From assembly GCF_000485595.1 (NCBI RefSeq), contig NW_014577078.1, positions 6,788 to 70,787 on the forward strand: 64,000 nucleotides of DNA, in the 5' to 3' direction. Origin of the DNA: Priapulus caudatus. Taxonomy: Eukaryota. Each line of letters starts with the position of its first letter. Position 1 is the stretch's first letter. Below, piece by piece: positions 61,685 to 64,000 of the stretch. The notes below the pieces were generated by a model. The model was not told where the DNA came from, made no database searches, and saw only the letters and a list, made by a program, of their open reading frames with translations. Position numbers and translations under genes: made by a program.

Positions 61685-63057
61685 CTGCGTGAAGTCAAAT
61701 GTGACATTTAGATATTAGTCTCTATTGAATTATGTCTATTTAACAGATCGGGTTTTGATAAAGTAGAACTACTATTACCGTAGCTTACTAGTACCCTACA
61801 ATAAGTAACCAACTAAAAAAAACAATAGGACGGAAATAATTAATATAAACTTAATTATTAGCCTTGGATATGTAAATAACGATACGGGTAAAGGGTGAGG
61901 TCGTAAAATCGAGGTGGATTATTCGAAGCCTACATAGTCCATAATTTACCAGTATATTGCACCAATAAACCTCAGCCATTACAACCCCGTTATATAGACC
62001 CTGAGGCTTACCTTAATAGAATTTGACTCTAGCTCGTACGACGGAGCGTACGACAGTGAATTAACGTGTGTGTACGACGGAGCGTACGACGGAGCGGTAC
62101 GACGGAACGTCAACGTAACCAAAATATTGAGGAAGTTTTAGGGTGAACGCAACACGCAATCTTTTATGCTGAATGACCATCTGAGTATCTAAGTATCAAA
62201 GTATCTAAGCTACATGGAAGTTTTGCTCCCAAAACAATACGGATCGAATCACCCTAATCTCATCTAATCATACACAGGATTCAATAACGTTAATTGTCGC
62301 AGTGGCTAAATATTGTATTTATGCGTATTAATTATGCACAAATAAATTTCTATGAATCTTGAATCTTGAATCTTGAATCTTAAATAGTTTATCAAAATTC
62401 CAGAAAATTTTGCAAACGAGTAATCTTACCACGTATTCTTCCTCAAAGTCTACAAATAATTTTTCTTACATACAAAGACAACATCTACAATTCGATCGTT
62501 TTATTTATTTTCTCTTGCAATCAAAGCATCAGATCATGCCGACTTACAACAAGCATGAGTAAATTATTAAATATAATTACCTAATTGCTAAATAAATACA
62601 TTAATGTTACTGCAAATAAAAAAATGACAAAACCAAAATGCAACGAGGCCCAAGAATAATTCCGTAGTTTGCATGCGTCTAGCTAAACTTGACCGATAAA
62701 CAGCTTTCACCCCAGCGCGAACGACCTCGCGACCCACCCTCGTCACTCGTTCTCCACGTCCTCCATTGTTCCCATCCCCACATATGTGGGGGTGAGGGTG
62801 CGCATCGTAATATATCAAGTACCGCCCTCTTGCGACTCTGCGCTGTTTTGAACGTGTTTGGTAGGCCATATGGCTCGTGAGTGGCAACGCGAAGTACGGA
62901 ACAGTATGGAAACGCGGTAGGGGGCGAGCGTAAGTCAGAGTCGCGCTGTCGTTAAACCTCGAGTGTTCAATTACATTTGTGTTTCTCGCTCACTTCAAAC
63001 AATGCGCCGCGGTAACGTAGTAATAGCGGGGAGGCATATGTGAGCATCGGTGGATAG

Positions 63058-63059
<2 letters not shown>

Positions 63060-63094
<35 letters not shown>

Positions 63095-63286
63095 TGGGGC
63101 TGGTGTGACGTGTGTGTGGTGGGTGTGATTGTGGTGTGTGTTTGTGATTGTTCTGTATATGTATTCGTGTGTGTGAGTGAGTGTGTTTATGCGTTGTCGT
63201 GCTGCGCGCGGGCGTGTGTGTCTGTGCGTGCGTATTTTCTGTGGTGTATCTGTTTGCTTGTTGTGGTGTGTGTGTGTGTGTGTGTG

Positions 63287-63321
<35 letters not shown>

Positions 63322-63925
63322 TGTGATGTGTGTTCAGTATGATTCGGTGTGTGAGTGAGTGTGCCTATGCGTGTGTGTGCGCGCGCGTGTGTCTGTGCGT
63401 GCATGCGTATTTTATGGTGTATCTCTTGCTTGTGTGTGTGTGTGTGTGTGTGGTGGTGTTGCGTGCGTGCGTCGTGTGTGTGTGTGAGAGAGAAGTGTGC
63501 GTAGAAAGTCTGTGTAGTTAGTGTGTATAGCTGTGTGGGTGGTGTGTGTCTNNNNNNNNNNNNNNNNNNNNNNNNNTGAGCTAGAACACTTTCCTTGTGT
63601 GTGTGTGTTGTGTGTGTGTGTGGTAGTGCGTGTGGGTGTGCGTAGTGGTGTGGCGTAGTGCGTGTGCGTGTGCGTGTGCGTGTGCGTGTGCGTGTGCGTG
63701 CGCGTGCGGCGTGCGCGTAGCGGCTGTGGTGCGCTGTGCGTGGCGTCGTGCGTGTCGTGTGCGTGGTGCGTGTGGTGTGTGTGATGTGTGTGACAGTGTG
63801 TGGTGTAGATGCCAGGTGTGTGTGCTTGATGCCATTGTGTGTGCATGTGTGTCCGTGTGTTGTGTGCGTGTGTGTTCGTGCGTGCGTGCTTGCGTGCGTG
63901 CGTGGCGGCGTGCGATTGCAGTGCG

Positions 63926-63963
<38 letters not shown>

Positions 63964-64000
63964 GGGGGGGGGTGTGTGTGGTGTGTGTTGCGGTGTGTTT
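63060..64000. repeat. Long degenerate (GT)n tract spanning the N gap at 63552-63576
   Basis: Direct inspection. Confidence 0.95.

Noticed and set aside
62430..62449. 20 nt AG...GT micro-exon candidate upstream of the FBXO4 exon
   Set aside because: Splicing it to the phase-2 exon at 61684 would create TGA.

Overview
Repeat-rich eukaryotic DNA, probably from a marine invertebrate (annelid/lophotrochozoan is an inference). The assembly looks like a noisy long-read one, with three N gaps, many indels and duplicated blocks next to the gaps. Two intron-containing host genes lie on the minus strand. The first has four phase-compatible exons (50581-50288, 28697-28566, 28118-28011, 25948-25759) encoding a transmembrane helix plus a NIT (nitrate/nitrite-sensing) domain. 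It is most likely the N-terminal half of an animal NIT-domain guanylyl cyclase; the cyclase exons are not in the window. The second is four 3' exons of an FBXO4-like F-box gene (61684-52750). Almost everything else is transposon-derived: a ~12 kb TA-flanked foldback element built around a spacer-less minisatellite palindrome and carrying a multi-level nest of insertions; a TSD-bounded Gypsy element fused by deletion to a second Gypsy; a second noisy copy of that Gypsy; a third Mag-type Gypsy; an Academ remnant; Helitron/Helentron elements; and many MITEs and microsatellites. Most long ORFs in the supplied track are artefacts of low-complexity repeats.
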